Shown piece by piece: positions 1 through 9,341 of a DNA stretch of 36,943 nucleotides; the first letter of the stretch is position 1; each line of letters begins with the position of its first letter. This stretch comes from Opitutaceae bacterium (GTDB lineage Bacteria; Verrucomicrobiota; Verrucomicrobiia; Opitutales; Opitutaceae): contig JAHFTG010000001.1 in assembly GCA_023269455.1 (NCBI GenBank), forward strand, positions 1-36,943. Direction: 5' to 3'. The position numbers and the translations under genes were made by a program. Under the pieces are notes generated by a model. That model was given only the letters and a program-made list of their open reading frames with translations. It did no database searches and had not been told where the DNA came from.

Positions 1-500
1 TCGATGGCCATCTGTTTGCCAGGCATCGCATCCAACGTGAAACGCGCGCTCACCTCCGCGATGCGCCCGGCGCCCTTCGTGATGACCACGAAGTTGATCA
101 CGATAAGAATCAGGAAAACCACAAAGCCGACGATGTAGTTCCCTTGGATCACAAAACGTCCGAACGATTCGATGATATGTCCCGCGTGTCCCTGCGTAAG
201 GATCAGACGCGTCGAACAGATATTAAGCGCCAGCCGGTAAAGCGTCAGTCCCAGAAGCAGCACGGGGAATCCCGAAAACTCGGACGGATCCTTCACATAG
301 ACGACGATGAGCAGCACCAGCAGCGACAGGCCGATCTGCAGGGCGAGCATGGCATCCAGCAGAAACGCCGGCACCGGCACGATCAGCATGAGCACGGTGG
401 CAAAAAGCGCGCCCGTAAAAATAAGGTCCGCGCGCTTCAGCAGCGCGCGCGCCGGCGACAGATTGCCCGTCATAGGAAGAACTGCGGTGGAAGTGGCCAT
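1..500 (-). CDS. flhA: Flagellar export gate protein FlhA (5' part; truncated by window edge)
   Basis: Not in the ORF track because there is no stop in the window. Manual translation from ATG at 500: [10 protein letters not shown]...[27 protein letters not shown]...[32 protein letters not shown], the FlhA/FHIPEP signature. Lies directly downstream of flhB. Confidence 0.97.
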   Translation of the reverse strand, partial: MATSTAVLPMTGNLSPARALLKRADLIFTGALFATVLMLIVPVPAFLLDAMLALQIGLSLLVLLIVVYVKDPSEFSGFPVLLLGLTLYRLALNICSTRLILTQGHAGHIIESFGRFVIQGNYIVGFVVFLILIVINFVVITKGAGRIAEVSARFTLDAMPGKQMAI

Positions 501-524
501 GGGGAATAAAAATTGAAACGGGGA

Positions 525-1646
525 TTATCCGGCGCGTCCGGCGGCGCCTTCGGCAGCGGCGCGGCGCATCTTGAGTTCGTGGAAATAGAGCCGGTGCGTG
601 CGATAGACGAAGGCCAGGATCGCGGCCACGGCCTGATACAACTCGGAGGGGATGACCTCGCCGACCTTCCCCATCGCGTAGAGCACGCGGGCGACCGGCT
701 TGTTCTCGACCACGGGCACGCCGTGCTCGGCGGCCAGCGCCTTGATGCGGCGGGCAAATTGGTTTTCGCCCTTGGCCAGAATCACGGGTGCGCCGTCGCG
801 TCCGCGTTCATACTTCAGCGCGACGGCGTAGTGGGTCGGGTTGGTCACGATCACATCCGCCGTGGGCACCGCCGCGAGCATCTGCTTTTGCATGAGCCGG
901 CGGGCCATGCGGCGCATCGCGGCTTTGGTCTGCACATCGCCCTCGGACTGCTTGTTCTCATCCTTCACTTCCTGGCGCGTCATCATGAGTTCGCGATGCG
1001 TGCGAAATTTTTCGTAGGCGTAGCTGATTCCCGCGATGATCCCGAGGGCGAGGATCATCTTGGACAAAAACTCGACCGTCGCCCTGCGCAAAAACATGCC
1101 CAGATAACCCACCTCGACGGGACTCACAAAAATCGGATCGTTGATGAGATCCCTAGCGCCCATCCAAAGAACCAGTCCGATGGCGACGAGCTTCAACGAA
1201 TCGATGATTCCCTTCACGAGCGACTGCTTCGAAAAAATCCGCCCGAAGCCTTTTGAGAAATCGAGATTCTCCAGCTTCAAGCCGATCGACTTGGGCGCGA
1301 GACGGAAGCCGCTTTGGAAACCGCCGATGAGCAAGGTCGCGCCCGTGACCGCGATGACTATCGGCAGAAGCACCTGCGCGATTACCTTCGCGCATTCCTG
1401 TAATTGCACGGGAACGACGCCGGCCTGAAAATGAGCGTTGGCCAGATCGCCCCACATCGTCGTCGCCAGCGAGGACAACTCGTTTGTCGACGACGACACC
1501 GCGATGCCGATGACTCCCAGCGTGGCCGCCAGTGTCGCGACCACTTGCAACTCGGCCGACTTCGCGAACTGCCCTTTCTCAAACGCATCCTGCAGCCGCT
1601 TCTCGCTGGGCAGCTCTGTTTTGGACTCTTGATCGATGTCGGACAT
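525..1646 (-). CDS. flhB: Flagellar export substrate-specificity switch FlhB
   Basis: N-terminal KTELPSEKRL, hydrophobic TM segments, MTRQEVKDENKQSEGD, intact autocleavage motif TNPTHYAVAL. Confidence 0.97.
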   Translation of the reverse strand: MSDIDQESKTELPSEKRLQDAFEKGQFAKSAELQVVATLAATLGVIGIAVSSSTNELSSLATTMWGDLANAHFQAGVVPVQLQECAKVIAQVLLPIVIAVTGATLLIGGFQSGFRLAPKSIGLKLENLDFSKGFGRIFSKQSLVKGIIDSLKLVAIGLVLWMGARDLINDPIFVSPVEVGYLGMFLRRATVEFLSKMILALGIIAGISYAYEKFRTHRELMMTRQEVKDENKQSEGDVQTKAAMRRMARRLMQKQMLAAVPTADVIVTNPTHYAVALKYERGRDGAPVILAKGENQFARRIKALAAEHGVPVVENKPVARVLYAMGKVGEVIPSELYQAVAAILAFVYRTHRLYFHELKMRRAAAEGAAGRAG

Positions 1647-1667
1647 GGAGGTTTCTCTCCTTCCTAC

Positions 1668-1682
1668 GCAGAACGGGTGCCA
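1668..1682 (-). promoter_or_regulatory. sigma54 (-24/-12) promoter upstream of flhB
   Basis: Minus strand reads TGGCACCCGTTCTGC (GG-N10-GC), 21 nt before the flhB ATG. An AT-rich tract and a dyad enhancer-like site lie upstream. Confidence 0.8.
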
Positions 1683-1777
1683 CCCCGATAAATGACACCG
1701 TAACTAACTTATGATAAGCCAGTAGAAATAATTTTAAAACATCGCCTGCGCCAACCGCCCTGCAACGCCACCTCTTG

Positions 1778-1792
1778 GGGAAAATTCTGCCG
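1778..1792. promoter_or_regulatory. Candidate enhancer (bEBP-binding) site for the flhB promoter
   Basis: GGGAAAATTCTGCCG, a variant of the CGGCAAAAACTGCCG dyad, 95 bp upstream of the -24 element. Confidence 0.55.
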
Positions 1793-2554
1793 TCATACTC
1801 CCGGTAAAGGGAGCAGCTCCAGCAGCCTCACCGGCAAGGCTTGAAACTCGGGCCACAAATAACGCACCAGCAGCGCACCCGAACCGGCGAGCAATCCGAA
1901 GCCCGCCAACGAACGTAGTGAATAGCTGACGATGAAGATGTTCATTTTCGGGACCGCGCGTCCGAGAACGGAAAACGCCAGCGTGATCAAAAAATTCAGC
2001 GCGATGAACGGCGCCGAGATGCGGATGCCCAGCTCCATCACACGCGAAGTCCCGCGCACCAGCATCTCCGGCACATCGGTGCTAAATGCCGCCGCTCCCG
2101 CCGGCGCCAGATCAAAACTCCGAGCAAACGCCGCCAACGCCCCGAGATGCCCGCCCACCATGAAAAAAACCACCCCTGCAAACGTAACCAGTAAGGTGGC
2201 CACCGGCTCCTGCCCCGGTTGCGGCGCATCAATGCCAGGAATCGCGGACAAACCGATCTCGTTTGAAATCACGCGCCCGGCCATCTCGACCGCCGCAAAT
2301 ACCAGCCGTCCGACCCACCCCATCAGCAATCCGAGGACAATCTCCTTGGCCACTGCCGTGATCAACTCGCCGTTGCCCGCCGGCATCGCGGGCGCATGAG
2401 GCACGATCCCATAAAGAATCGTCGCCAGGCCAGCCGCCAGCGCGACCCGCATCATCACCGGCAACGGCTTCCCGCCAAGCGTCGGAAAAAGCAAAATGAG
2501 CCCCAGTGCACGCAGGAACACCATCATCCACGCAAAGAGCAGATCGAGTGGCAT
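1793..2554 (-). CDS. fliR: Flagellar export apparatus protein FliR
   Basis: 253-aa polytopic membrane protein with MVFLRALG...P, KEIVLGLLMG...AAVEMAG and LGRAVPKMNIF; lies between fliQ and flhB. Confidence 0.95.
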   Translation of the reverse strand: MPLDLLFAWMMVFLRALGLILLFPTLGGKPLPVMMRVALAAGLATILYGIVPHAPAMPAGNGELITAVAKEIVLGLLMGWVGRLVFAAVEMAGRVISNEIGLSAIPGIDAPQPGQEPVATLLVTFAGVVFFMVGGHLGALAAFARSFDLAPAGAAAFSTDVPEMLVRGTSRVMELGIRISAPFIALNFLITLAFSVLGRAVPKMNIFIVSYSLRSLAGFGLLAGSGALLVRYLWPEFQALPVRLLELLPLPGV

Positions 2555-2572
2555 GGCGTGGTTTCTCCGCCG

Positions 2573-2842
2573 CTACTGCCCCATCCCGCCGATGCGCGAG
2601 ATCATTTCGATGGTGAACTCCGAGAGCGTTCGCAACAGCCACGGTGCCAGCAGCAGCGTCAGCCCAGCCAGCGCGAGGAGCTTGGGCGCAAACGTCAGGG
2701 TCGGTTCCTGGATGCTGGTCACCGACTGGATCAGGCTGGCGACGAGGCCGACCACCAGCGTCACCGCCAGAAAAGGCGCGACCAGATACAGGGCGAACAT
2801 CACCACGGTCTTGAAAATATCGATGGCCATCTCGGGGTTCAT
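2573..2842 (-). CDS. fliQ: Flagellar export apparatus protein FliQ
   Basis: 89 aa, VGLVASLIQSVTSIQEPTLTFAPK signature. Confidence 0.97.
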   Translation of the reverse strand: MNPEMAIDIFKTVVMFALYLVAPFLAVTLVVGLVASLIQSVTSIQEPTLTFAPKLLALAGLTLLLAPWLLRTLSEFTIEMISRIGGMGQ

Positions 2843-2854
2843 AATGGGCGCGAT

Positions 2855-3646
2855 TTAGATGTGAAAACTCTCCACCAGGCTCTTCACCACCAGGTGCCAC
2901 CCGTCCACAAGGACGAACAGCAGGAGCTTGAACGGCAGCGACACGATCGACGGCGGCATCATCATCATGCCGAGCGCCATGAGCACCGAGGAAACGAGAA
3001 AATCAATGACGAGAAACGGCAGGAACAGCAAAAACCCCATTTGAAACGCCGTCTGCAATTCACTGATCACGAAAGCGGGCACGACGACGCGGATGGGAAG
3101 ATCCTGCACCTTCGTCGGCGGAAACCTTCCAAGTTGAAGAAAGAACTCGATGTCGCGGGTGCGCGTTTGCTTGAGCATGAATTCCTTGATGGGCACCGAG
3201 GCCTTGTCCAAGGCCTCGGTCGAGGTGGCCTTGCCGGCAATGTAAGGCTGAACGGCCTCGACGTTCACACGGTCAAAGACCGGCCCCATGATAAAAAGCG
3301 TAAGAAACAGCGAAAGCCCCACGATGATTTGATTCGAGGGCGCCGAGGGCACGCCGATCGCGGTGCGCACAAAACCGAGGACAATCACGATGCGCGTGAA
3401 GCTCGTCATCAGGATCACCATTGAGGGCGCAAGCGTGAGGAGCGTCATCACGACGACGAGTTGGATGGCCACGCTCACCTCTCCCGGCTTGCCCGCGCCA
3501 TCCAGGCCGATGTTCAACCGCAACGGCTGCGAACCGGGCGAATCGGCGGCGACCGCGGCGGGGGCCGTCGCCGTCTGCGCGGAGGCGGTCACGCCGCCCA
3601 GTCCAACCGCCAACGCGAGACAAAGACCGAAAATAAAACGTCTCAT
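2855..3646 (-). CDS. fliP: Flagellar export apparatus protein FliP
   Basis: Signal-peptide-like N-terminus, MTSFTRIVIVL, PAFVISELQTAFQMGF, LPFKLLLFVLVDGW. Confidence 0.98.
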   Translation of the reverse strand: MRRFIFGLCLALAVGLGGVTASAQTATAPAAVAADSPGSQPLRLNIGLDGAGKPGEVSVAIQLVVVMTLLTLAPSMVILMTSFTRIVIVLGFVRTAIGVPSAPSNQIIVGLSLFLTLFIMGPVFDRVNVEAVQPYIAGKATSTEALDKASVPIKEFMLKQTRTRDIEFFLQLGRFPPTKVQDLPIRVVVPAFVISELQTAFQMGFLLFLPFLVIDFLVSSVLMALGMMMMPPSIVSLPFKLLLFVLVDGWHLVVKSLVESFHI

Positions 3647-4101
3647 GATTCGAGTTCTTCCGAATCCAGTGTGCTAAGCATTTGGATCTGCCCGGCGGTC
3701 ACCCCGAGGAGAAATTTTTTCCCCTCGTAACCGGCCACGACCAGATACTGCCGGTTTCCCAGCGAACGCGTTTCCTCGATCACGATCTTGCGGTCGGCGC
3801 GAACGGCGCGCGATGGAATCATGCCCCGGCGCTTGAGCAGCAGCCAACCGCCACCGAGCGCAAGCAGCAGCGCGCCCGCCAAGGCCAATGATCCGCCTGA
3901 GCGGGGAGCCGAAGCCGCGGTCGTCGCAGAATGCTCGGACGAGGCCTTCGGATAAATAATCGTGGCTTCCGATCGAGATGCGGGATCTTCGACTTCGGCA
4001 GCACTCATCGGCTGCGCCGTCTCCAAAACGGCGCAGCCGACTACCACTGTCAGCCAGCGAGTGACGCTGGCAATTGTTGTGAGGGGATATCTTTTTTTCA
4101 C
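3643..4101 (-). CDS. fliO: Flagellar protein FliO/FliZ
   Basis: TM helix followed by IVIEETRSLGNRQYLVVAGYEGKKFLLGVT (FliO pattern). Overlaps fliP by 4 nt. The start codon (GTG at 4101) is uncertain. Confidence 0.88.
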   Translation of the reverse strand: MKKRYPLTTIASVTRWLTVVVGCAVLETAQPMSAAEVEDPASRSEATIIYPKASSEHSATTAASAPRSGGSLALAGALLLALGGGWLLLKRRGMIPSRAVRADRKIVIEETRSLGNRQYLVVAGYEGKKFLLGVTAGQIQMLSTLDSEELES

Positions 4102-4115
4102 GCATCATCACCTTA

Positions 4116-4130
4116 GCGATACGCGTGCCA
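4116..4130 (-). promoter_or_regulatory. sigma54 (-24/-12) promoter upstream of fliO
   Basis: Minus strand reads TGGCACGCGTATCGC (GG-N10-GC), 14 nt before the fliO GTG. Confidence 0.8.
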
Positions 4131-4151
4131 CCGGGGATTTATGACGTATAT

Positions 4152-4170
4152 CCAAATGATGATCATTTGG
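4152..4170. repeat. Perfect 9-bp inverted repeat (candidate operator) in the fliO promoter spacer
   Basis: CCAAATGAT-G-ATCATTTGG, extended by TATA on each side after one mismatch. Confidence 0.55.
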
Positions 4171-4235
4171 TTATAATGATTAAAATCCCGCGACCACCTT
4201 GATTATCAATTTAAAGAACCCTCCCGAGCTGTCCG

Positions 4236-4250
4236 CGGTAAAAAATGCCG
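4236..4250. promoter_or_regulatory. Candidate enhancer site for the fliO promoter
   Basis: CGGTAAAAAATGCCG, 105 bp upstream of the -24 element. Confidence 0.65.
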
Positions 4251-4284
4251 CGTGACCGTTACGCCTGCGTCCGTCGCGTTGCCG

Positions 4285-4548
4285 TTACGCCTTCGCTCCG
4301 ACCAGTTCCGTGATCTTGATGCCGAAGCTGTCGTCCACGACGACCACTTCTCCGTAGGCGACGAGTTTGTCGTTCACGTAAAGGCCGACGGGGTCGCCCG
4401 CGTGCTGGTTGAGCTGGATGATCGCACCCGGTGCCAAGGCGAGCACCTCGCGCATCGGCAGCTGGCAGGAACCGAGCTGGACGGTGACCTTGACCTTAAC
4501 ATCGAGGACCAAATCGAGCGTTTTACTGTCGTCCATGAGACTGGGCAT
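4285..4548 (-). CDS. fliN: Flagellar motor switch protein FliN (minimal SPOA domain)
   Basis: 87 aa: LDLVLDVKVKVTVQLG...VNDKLVAYGEVVVVDDSFGIKITEL. Overlaps the 3' end of fliM. Confidence 0.95.
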   Translation of the reverse strand: MPSLMDDSKTLDLVLDVKVKVTVQLGSCQLPMREVLALAPGAIIQLNQHAGDPVGLYVNDKLVAYGEVVVVDDSFGIKITELVGAKA

Positions 4549-5575
4549 AAGAAGTTTCCTCCGAAGAGATTTTTTGGGTTATTTTCACGACCACACGGTC
4601 GCTATCGAGGCCGACGGTCCCGATGAATTTTTTGTTTCCAGCGAGTGAAATGCAGGTGCGATCGACGATATCCGAAGGCATTTCCAAAACATCGCCGACC
4701 CGCAGGTGCGTGACTTCGCGCAAGGTGAGTTCAAAGGCGTCCCACTCCGCCCGCGCCGGCAGCGTGATGTGTTCGTAAACCGGCTTCCAAGTCGCCTTCG
4801 ACTCCGCCTTCACCGGCGACGCATCCTGGGCGCGCTTCGCCTGCATGCTCTTCACCATCGGCTCGATCGTGTAGTAGGGCACGCCGATCTGGATCTGCTC
4901 GGAACAATCCCCGAACTCGACCTCCATGGTGAGCGCGAGCATGACGGCGTCCTTCGCGGACGTTTGCAGAAAACGCCCGTTGTTTTCGTGGCCGATGATC
5001 TGCGGATGAAGCTCGTTTTCGCCGCTCCATTGGGAGCACCACTCTTCCAGAATGATGCGGATGATGTCTTCCAAAAGGGCGATCTCGATCTCCGTCAGGT
5101 AGCGCTCCACCTTTACCGAGTGCCCGCGTCCGCCTAGCATGCGATCCACCAGCGTGAGCGCCAGACGCGGATTCATATCCAGGATACTGACCCCGAAAAG
5201 CGGCTCGGTTTTAAACAGGCACAGATGCGTGGGGCTGGGCAGGCCGTCCGTGAACTTCGCGTAGCTCAGCGTGGTGAGTTTCGCCATTTTCAGGGAGAAC
5301 TCCATGCGCAGAAATAGCGAAATACGCGCCGACAGGTAACGGATGAAGTTCTCGTGAAGCAGACGCAGGCGGCGTAACTCCGCCTCGGTTAGAAAGACCG
5401 GATTTCTGAAATCATAGGCCTCCACCTTGAGCACCTTGGCCTCATCACCACGGCGTCCGTCGGCGTGGTAGATGATCTGCTGCTTGGGCGGCTCGACCGC
5501 CTGCATGAGCAAACGATCGATCTCACTCTGATCGAGCACTTCGAACGGCTGATTATTATCACCGGGATCGGCCAT
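4523..5575 (-). CDS. fliM: Flagellar motor switch protein FliM
   Basis: N-terminal VLDQSEIDRLL (LSQxEIDxLL-type motif), YDFRNP, RMLGG...RYLTEIE, C-terminal SPOA domain. Confidence 0.96.
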   Translation of the reverse strand: MADPGDNNQPFEVLDQSEIDRLLMQAVEPPKQQIIYHADGRRGDEAKVLKVEAYDFRNPVFLTEAELRRLRLLHENFIRYLSARISLFLRMEFSLKMAKLTTLSYAKFTDGLPSPTHLCLFKTEPLFGVSILDMNPRLALTLVDRMLGGRGHSVKVERYLTEIEIALLEDIIRIILEEWCSQWSGENELHPQIIGHENNGRFLQTSAKDAVMLALTMEVEFGDCSEQIQIGVPYYTIEPMVKSMQAKRAQDASPVKAESKATWKPVYEHITLPARAEWDAFELTLREVTHLRVGDVLEMPSDIVDRTCISLAGNKKFIGTVGLDSDRVVVKITQKISSEETSYAQSHGRQ

Positions 5576-5586
5576 GATGGGTAAGC

Positions 5587-6180
5587 CTATTGAACCACGA
5601 AATCCGAGAAGAAGACCTGCTCGACCACTTTTCGCCCGAACACCTGATTGTAGGCCTGGATGAGTTTTTCACGGATGATGTTTTTCGCACCGGCCTCCTC
5701 GAGATCCGTGAGCGAGAGCGAGGACAGGACGTTAAGCGTGACATCGACGAGCTGCGCATGGCTTCCTTCAAACGTTGCCTTGATGCCCTCCTCGCTGCCC
5801 GTGACGAGAAACGTGGTCTTGAGGTAGCGCGTGCCCATGGTCCCGGCCAGATTCACCACGATGTTCTCAAAAGTGTAACCGTTGGCGGAAGCTCCGGCTT
5901 CACCTTTCCCTCCTTTGCCTTCCTTTCCTTCCTTGGGCTTGCCTTCCGATTTGGCCGGCGCTGCGGGCGTCGCGCCGGATTTCCCCCCGGGTCCGGCCGC
6001 GAGTTCTTTTTTCAGTTGAGGGATCAGCACGAACTGGGCAACCGCCCAGGTGAGCGCAGGCGTGAGCAGCACGACCACAAGGGCGGGAAGAAGCGCGCCG
6101 ATGCCACCTTTTTTGACGGGAGGGGGGGCGGCGTCCTTGGCTTCGACGGCGGCTGGTTCCGGTTCGGGTTTGGCGGACAT
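5587..6180 (-). CDS. fliL: Flagellar basal body-associated protein FliL
   Basis: Single N-terminal TM, IVVNLAG...RYLK, C-terminal VEQVFFSDFVVQ. Confidence 0.95.
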   Translation of the reverse strand: MSAKPEPEPAAVEAKDAAPPPVKKGGIGALLPALVVVLLTPALTWAVAQFVLIPQLKKELAAGPGGKSGATPAAPAKSEGKPKEGKEGKGGKGEAGASANGYTFENIVVNLAGTMGTRYLKTTFLVTGSEEGIKATFEGSHAQLVDVTLNVLSSLSLTDLEEAGAKNIIREKLIQAYNQVFGRKVVEQVFFSDFVVQ

Positions 6181-6224
6181 GGGAAGGTGTGGGTGAACTG
6201 CCTGAGATTAAAGGCCGCGCGACA

Positions 6225-7061
6225 TTACGAGCGTTTCAAATTCACGATCTCCTCAAGGACCGAATCGGAAACGGTGATCACACGAGACGCAGCCTGGAAG
6301 GAGCGCTGGGCGGTGATCATGTCGGCCATCTGCGCGGTGAGATCTACGTTCGAGAGTTCGAGCATGCCGGACTGGAGGGCTCCCAGACCGTTGCCACCGG
6401 GAGAATTGTTGGCCGCCGACAACGTAGCCCCGCCAATCGGCCCGGCGGCAGAGGCGTTGCTGAAGAGGTTGCCTCCTTGCTTAACAAGCATGGTGGGATT
6501 GGTGAAGCTTTGCAGCAGCACTTGGTTGGTCGTGGCGGAAGTTCCGTCGGAATAGGACTCGATCAGGTCGCCCTTGGTGTCGATCGCGTAGGACTGGAGT
6601 TGGGTGCCCGTGGGAGGAGTTCCCAGCTTGATATCCCCGACAGAGGAGGGAGCGGCCGAGCTGGTGCCACCGGTGAGTCCCTGCACACGGTATCCTTGCG
6701 AGGTGGTGAGATAGCCGCTGGAATCAACCGAGAAATTGCCGGCTCGGGTGACGTATTGCTGGCTATCCACGGGATTGGAGACGACGAAGAAGCCGTTTCC
6801 GGAAATCCCCAGATCGCTGGGGACCCCGGTGGTGCTGAGCGCGCCTTGCGTGAAGTTTTGCGTGACGCCGGAAACCTGGACGCCAATCCCGATCTGCACA
6901 TTGCCATGGAGGGTATTGCTGAAACTATCGGCAAAGTTGGCCTTGGAATCCTTGAAGCCGACGGTGTTTACGTTGGCGATATTGTTGCCGATGACATTGA
7001 GGTCGGTGGAGAAACTGGACATGGCGCTGACGCCTGAAGTGAGTGAGCCGATGAGGGACAT
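6225..7061 (-). CDS. flgE: Flagellar hook protein FlgE (short, 278 aa)
   Basis: IGNNIANVNTVGFK, DLGISGNGFF, YVTRAGNF, LELSNVDL...MITAQRSFQA; immediately follows flgD. Confidence 0.88.
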   Translation of the reverse strand: MSLIGSLTSGVSAMSSFSTDLNVIGNNIANVNTVGFKDSKANFADSFSNTLHGNVQIGIGVQVSGVTQNFTQGALSTTGVPSDLGISGNGFFVVSNPVDSQQYVTRAGNFSVDSSGYLTTSQGYRVQGLTGGTSSAAPSSVGDIKLGTPPTGTQLQSYAIDTKGDLIESYSDGTSATTNQVLLQSFTNPTMLVKQGGNLFSNASAAGPIGGATLSAANNSPGGNGLGALQSGMLELSNVDLTAQMADMITAQRSFQAASRVITVSDSVLEEIVNLKRS

Positions 7062-7112
7062 GGTATTTTAGTGGGTTGGTTTTTAAGAGAAACAGACGTG
7101 CTCCGGAGCGAC

Positions 7113-7562
7113 TTAACCCGAGGTGGGCGAAGTCGTCGGAACGGTGACTTTGGTGATCGAAGTATAGGGGTAGCTGATGCCGTTAATCGTGACCTCAGCT
7201 CCCGTGCTGGTCTGGCTAACGCCGCTCACCACGCCAGAGACCTTTGAGTTATTGGACGTGGCAACGGTGACCTGGGCTCCGATTAAATTGGTGGCCGAGC
7301 CGAGTTGTGCATCGTTGCGCAGGTTTTGCATGCCGGTGTTCAGCGTCGTCATTTGCTGCAATGAGCTGAACTGCGCCATTTGCGCGATGAACGCGCTGTC
7401 GTCCATCGGCTTCATGGGATCCTGCTGCTGAAGCTGCACGGTGAGAAGTTTCAGGAAATCCGCCTGCCCCAGAGTCGAAGCGGCATTTCCGGTGGTGCCT
7501 GCGGTGGTTGAGGTCGCGGCGGCCGCGTTCGCGGCCGAGGAGGTTGAGGATGTGACTTGCAT
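7113..7562 (-). CDS. flgD: Flagellar hook capping protein FlgD
   Basis: [41 protein letters not shown]. Confidence 0.96.
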   Translation of the reverse strand: MQVTSSTSSAANAAAATSTTAGTTGNAASTLGQADFLKLLTVQLQQQDPMKPMDDSAFIAQMAQFSSLQQMTTLNTGMQNLRNDAQLGSATNLIGAQVTVATSNNSKVSGVVSGVSQTSTGAEVTINGISYPYTSITKVTVPTTSPTSG

Positions 7563-7568
7563 GGGATT

Positions 7569-9329
7569 TTAAGCGAAAACGTGAAGGTGCCTGACGGTGT
7601 CGGGCCGGGTGGACGGCACGGGGCGATCCGTAATGTCGCCAAGACTACGCGAACCACCGGCGACCGAAGCAGGGATGGTATTCGCAAGCCCGTCTGATCC
7701 AGGACGGGCTTGGTGCTGGGAAGATTGCCGAGACGTGTCCCCGCCAAAGCCGCCCGGTTGCGAGGAGGTCATTTCTGTCGAAATGAAAACGGGATCGGCC
7801 AGCCGATAGGGCTTCGTCTCCGCTGCCGGAGCCACCGCCTGCAACTGCCATTCGCGATTCAAGGTCTCGCGCAATTCCGGGGAGTCGGTGCGGAAGGTCG
7901 TCTGCACCTCGCCGTCACGATAGGCGACCCGCACATCAAGACGGGCGTTGTCCTTAAATTGAAACTGAACTTCCACGGACGAACGCTCCCGTGAACGCAA
8001 ATCGTCGGTCATCGAAACAACCTCGCGGATGACATCAACCGCCTCGGCGGCGCGAGACACATGCGCCTCGGTAACTTGCCCCGTGCCTGCGGACGCCTGC
8101 ACAACAGGAGCCGACACCGAATTCACCACGTCTGATCGAACGGGAAAAACGCCTTCTTGATCTCGGGCGGACGTCGGTGCGTTGAAGCGGGTAGCCATTG
8201 TGGAATCATCCTTCGCAGCTTCAGTGCCAACCCGATTCACTGACCTCGTTAGCTCCTTACCATCAACATTTAGAAAGTTATCACTGGACGGCTCACGCAA
8301 TGAAATCACCGGGAGCGAGCGAAGGATATTTTTCGCAGGGGCATTTTTTTCCTCCGTCTTTGCCGGGGCAGCTTCAATGGAAATTTTACCCATCGCTACC
8401 GCGTGCGGAGTGACGCTCTCACCAGCGTTTCCAGCCGGCATCGGTGCAGGCACATCGATCGCAGGCGATTTTTTTGCCGTGTCCGTTGGTGACACTGGCT
8501 CATTCTTGGCGGGCGGATCAGCGTCAATTCTGCGAGCATCGGCATACGGGACCGTTGGTTTCGTCACCTCCGTCCTTTGGGCTGAAGGTGCACGTTGCTC
8601 GACGGTGGACGGCATTCCTTGCCCGGGTCGGTCTGCCGATGCTGGAATTTCACCGGAACGAGGCGCAGCTGTCATTCCTTCCGCCCCTGAATCTTCGAGA
8701 AGAGAGCACGGTTTCTCGACTTTAACATCCATGATGGGCATCGCGACTGCAGCCATTTCAGCCGACAATGGGGCAACGTTTACGCCCGCACTCGATTCAC
8801 TCGCATCCGGCAACGCCGGCACGGACACCGTGGATTTTTCACGCCGGGGAGACGATTGCGGAGGCATTGAACTCGTAGCCACCTGATTCGAGGTCACCGC
8901 ATCAACGGAAGTTTCTTCAGGAACACCGCGCCGCATCAGAATCTGCCGAGCTGAAGAGCCTCCTGAGCGGCCCTGCCCCGCCACGCGACACGGTTGCTTG
9001 GTCACTCCTCCGTCAAGCATCGCAGGCAGATCATCAGGCACTGATTGAGTCGGGCCCGCCTTTTCGGAAGACACAAATCCAGCGGATGTCCGTCCGGAAT
9101 CTCCGGGCGTCAACACGGCCAATGAAATTGCGGCGGTTGGCTCTGGAGCGATGTTCGCCTGTCCCAGTAAGGCGGAAAAGCACAGCGCGCCATCATCCCT
9201 CGGGACAGATGACGTCGTCGGCAATCCGCCCACCGGCGTCCCCGTTACCACCGGCGACAAGGTGCCCATTACGACGGAAGCCTGCGGGGCGTTATCGGCG
9301 ACAGTAGGCAGCGCAACAGAGGTGGTCAT
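7569..9329 (-). CDS. fliK: Probable flagellar hook-length control protein FliK (divergent)
   Basis: 586 aa, rich in Pro/Ser/Ala/Thr and low complexity. C-terminal beta-beta-beta-alpha-like segment (VEVQFQF...LDVRVAYRDGEVQTTFRTDSPELRETL) resembles the FliK C-domain. Canonical position just upstream of flgD. Confidence 0.7.
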   Translation of the reverse strand: MTTSVALPTVADNAPQASVVMGTLSPVVTGTPVGGLPTTSSVPRDDGALCFSALLGQANIAPEPTAAISLAVLTPGDSGRTSAGFVSSEKAGPTQSVPDDLPAMLDGGVTKQPCRVAGQGRSGGSSARQILMRRGVPEETSVDAVTSNQVATSSMPPQSSPRREKSTVSVPALPDASESSAGVNVAPLSAEMAAVAMPIMDVKVEKPCSLLEDSGAEGMTAAPRSGEIPASADRPGQGMPSTVEQRAPSAQRTEVTKPTVPYADARRIDADPPAKNEPVSPTDTAKKSPAIDVPAPMPAGNAGESVTPHAVAMGKISIEAAPAKTEEKNAPAKNILRSLPVISLREPSSDNFLNVDGKELTRSVNRVGTEAAKDDSTMATRFNAPTSARDQEGVFPVRSDVVNSVSAPVVQASAGTGQVTEAHVSRAAEAVDVIREVVSMTDDLRSRERSSVEVQFQFKDNARLDVRVAYRDGEVQTTFRTDSPELRETLNREWQLQAVAPAAETKPYRLADPVFISTEMTSSQPGGFGGDTSRQSSQHQARPGSDGLANTIPASVAGGSRSLGDITDRPVPSTRPDTVRHLHVFA

Positions 9330-9341
9330 GGAAAGGATCGC

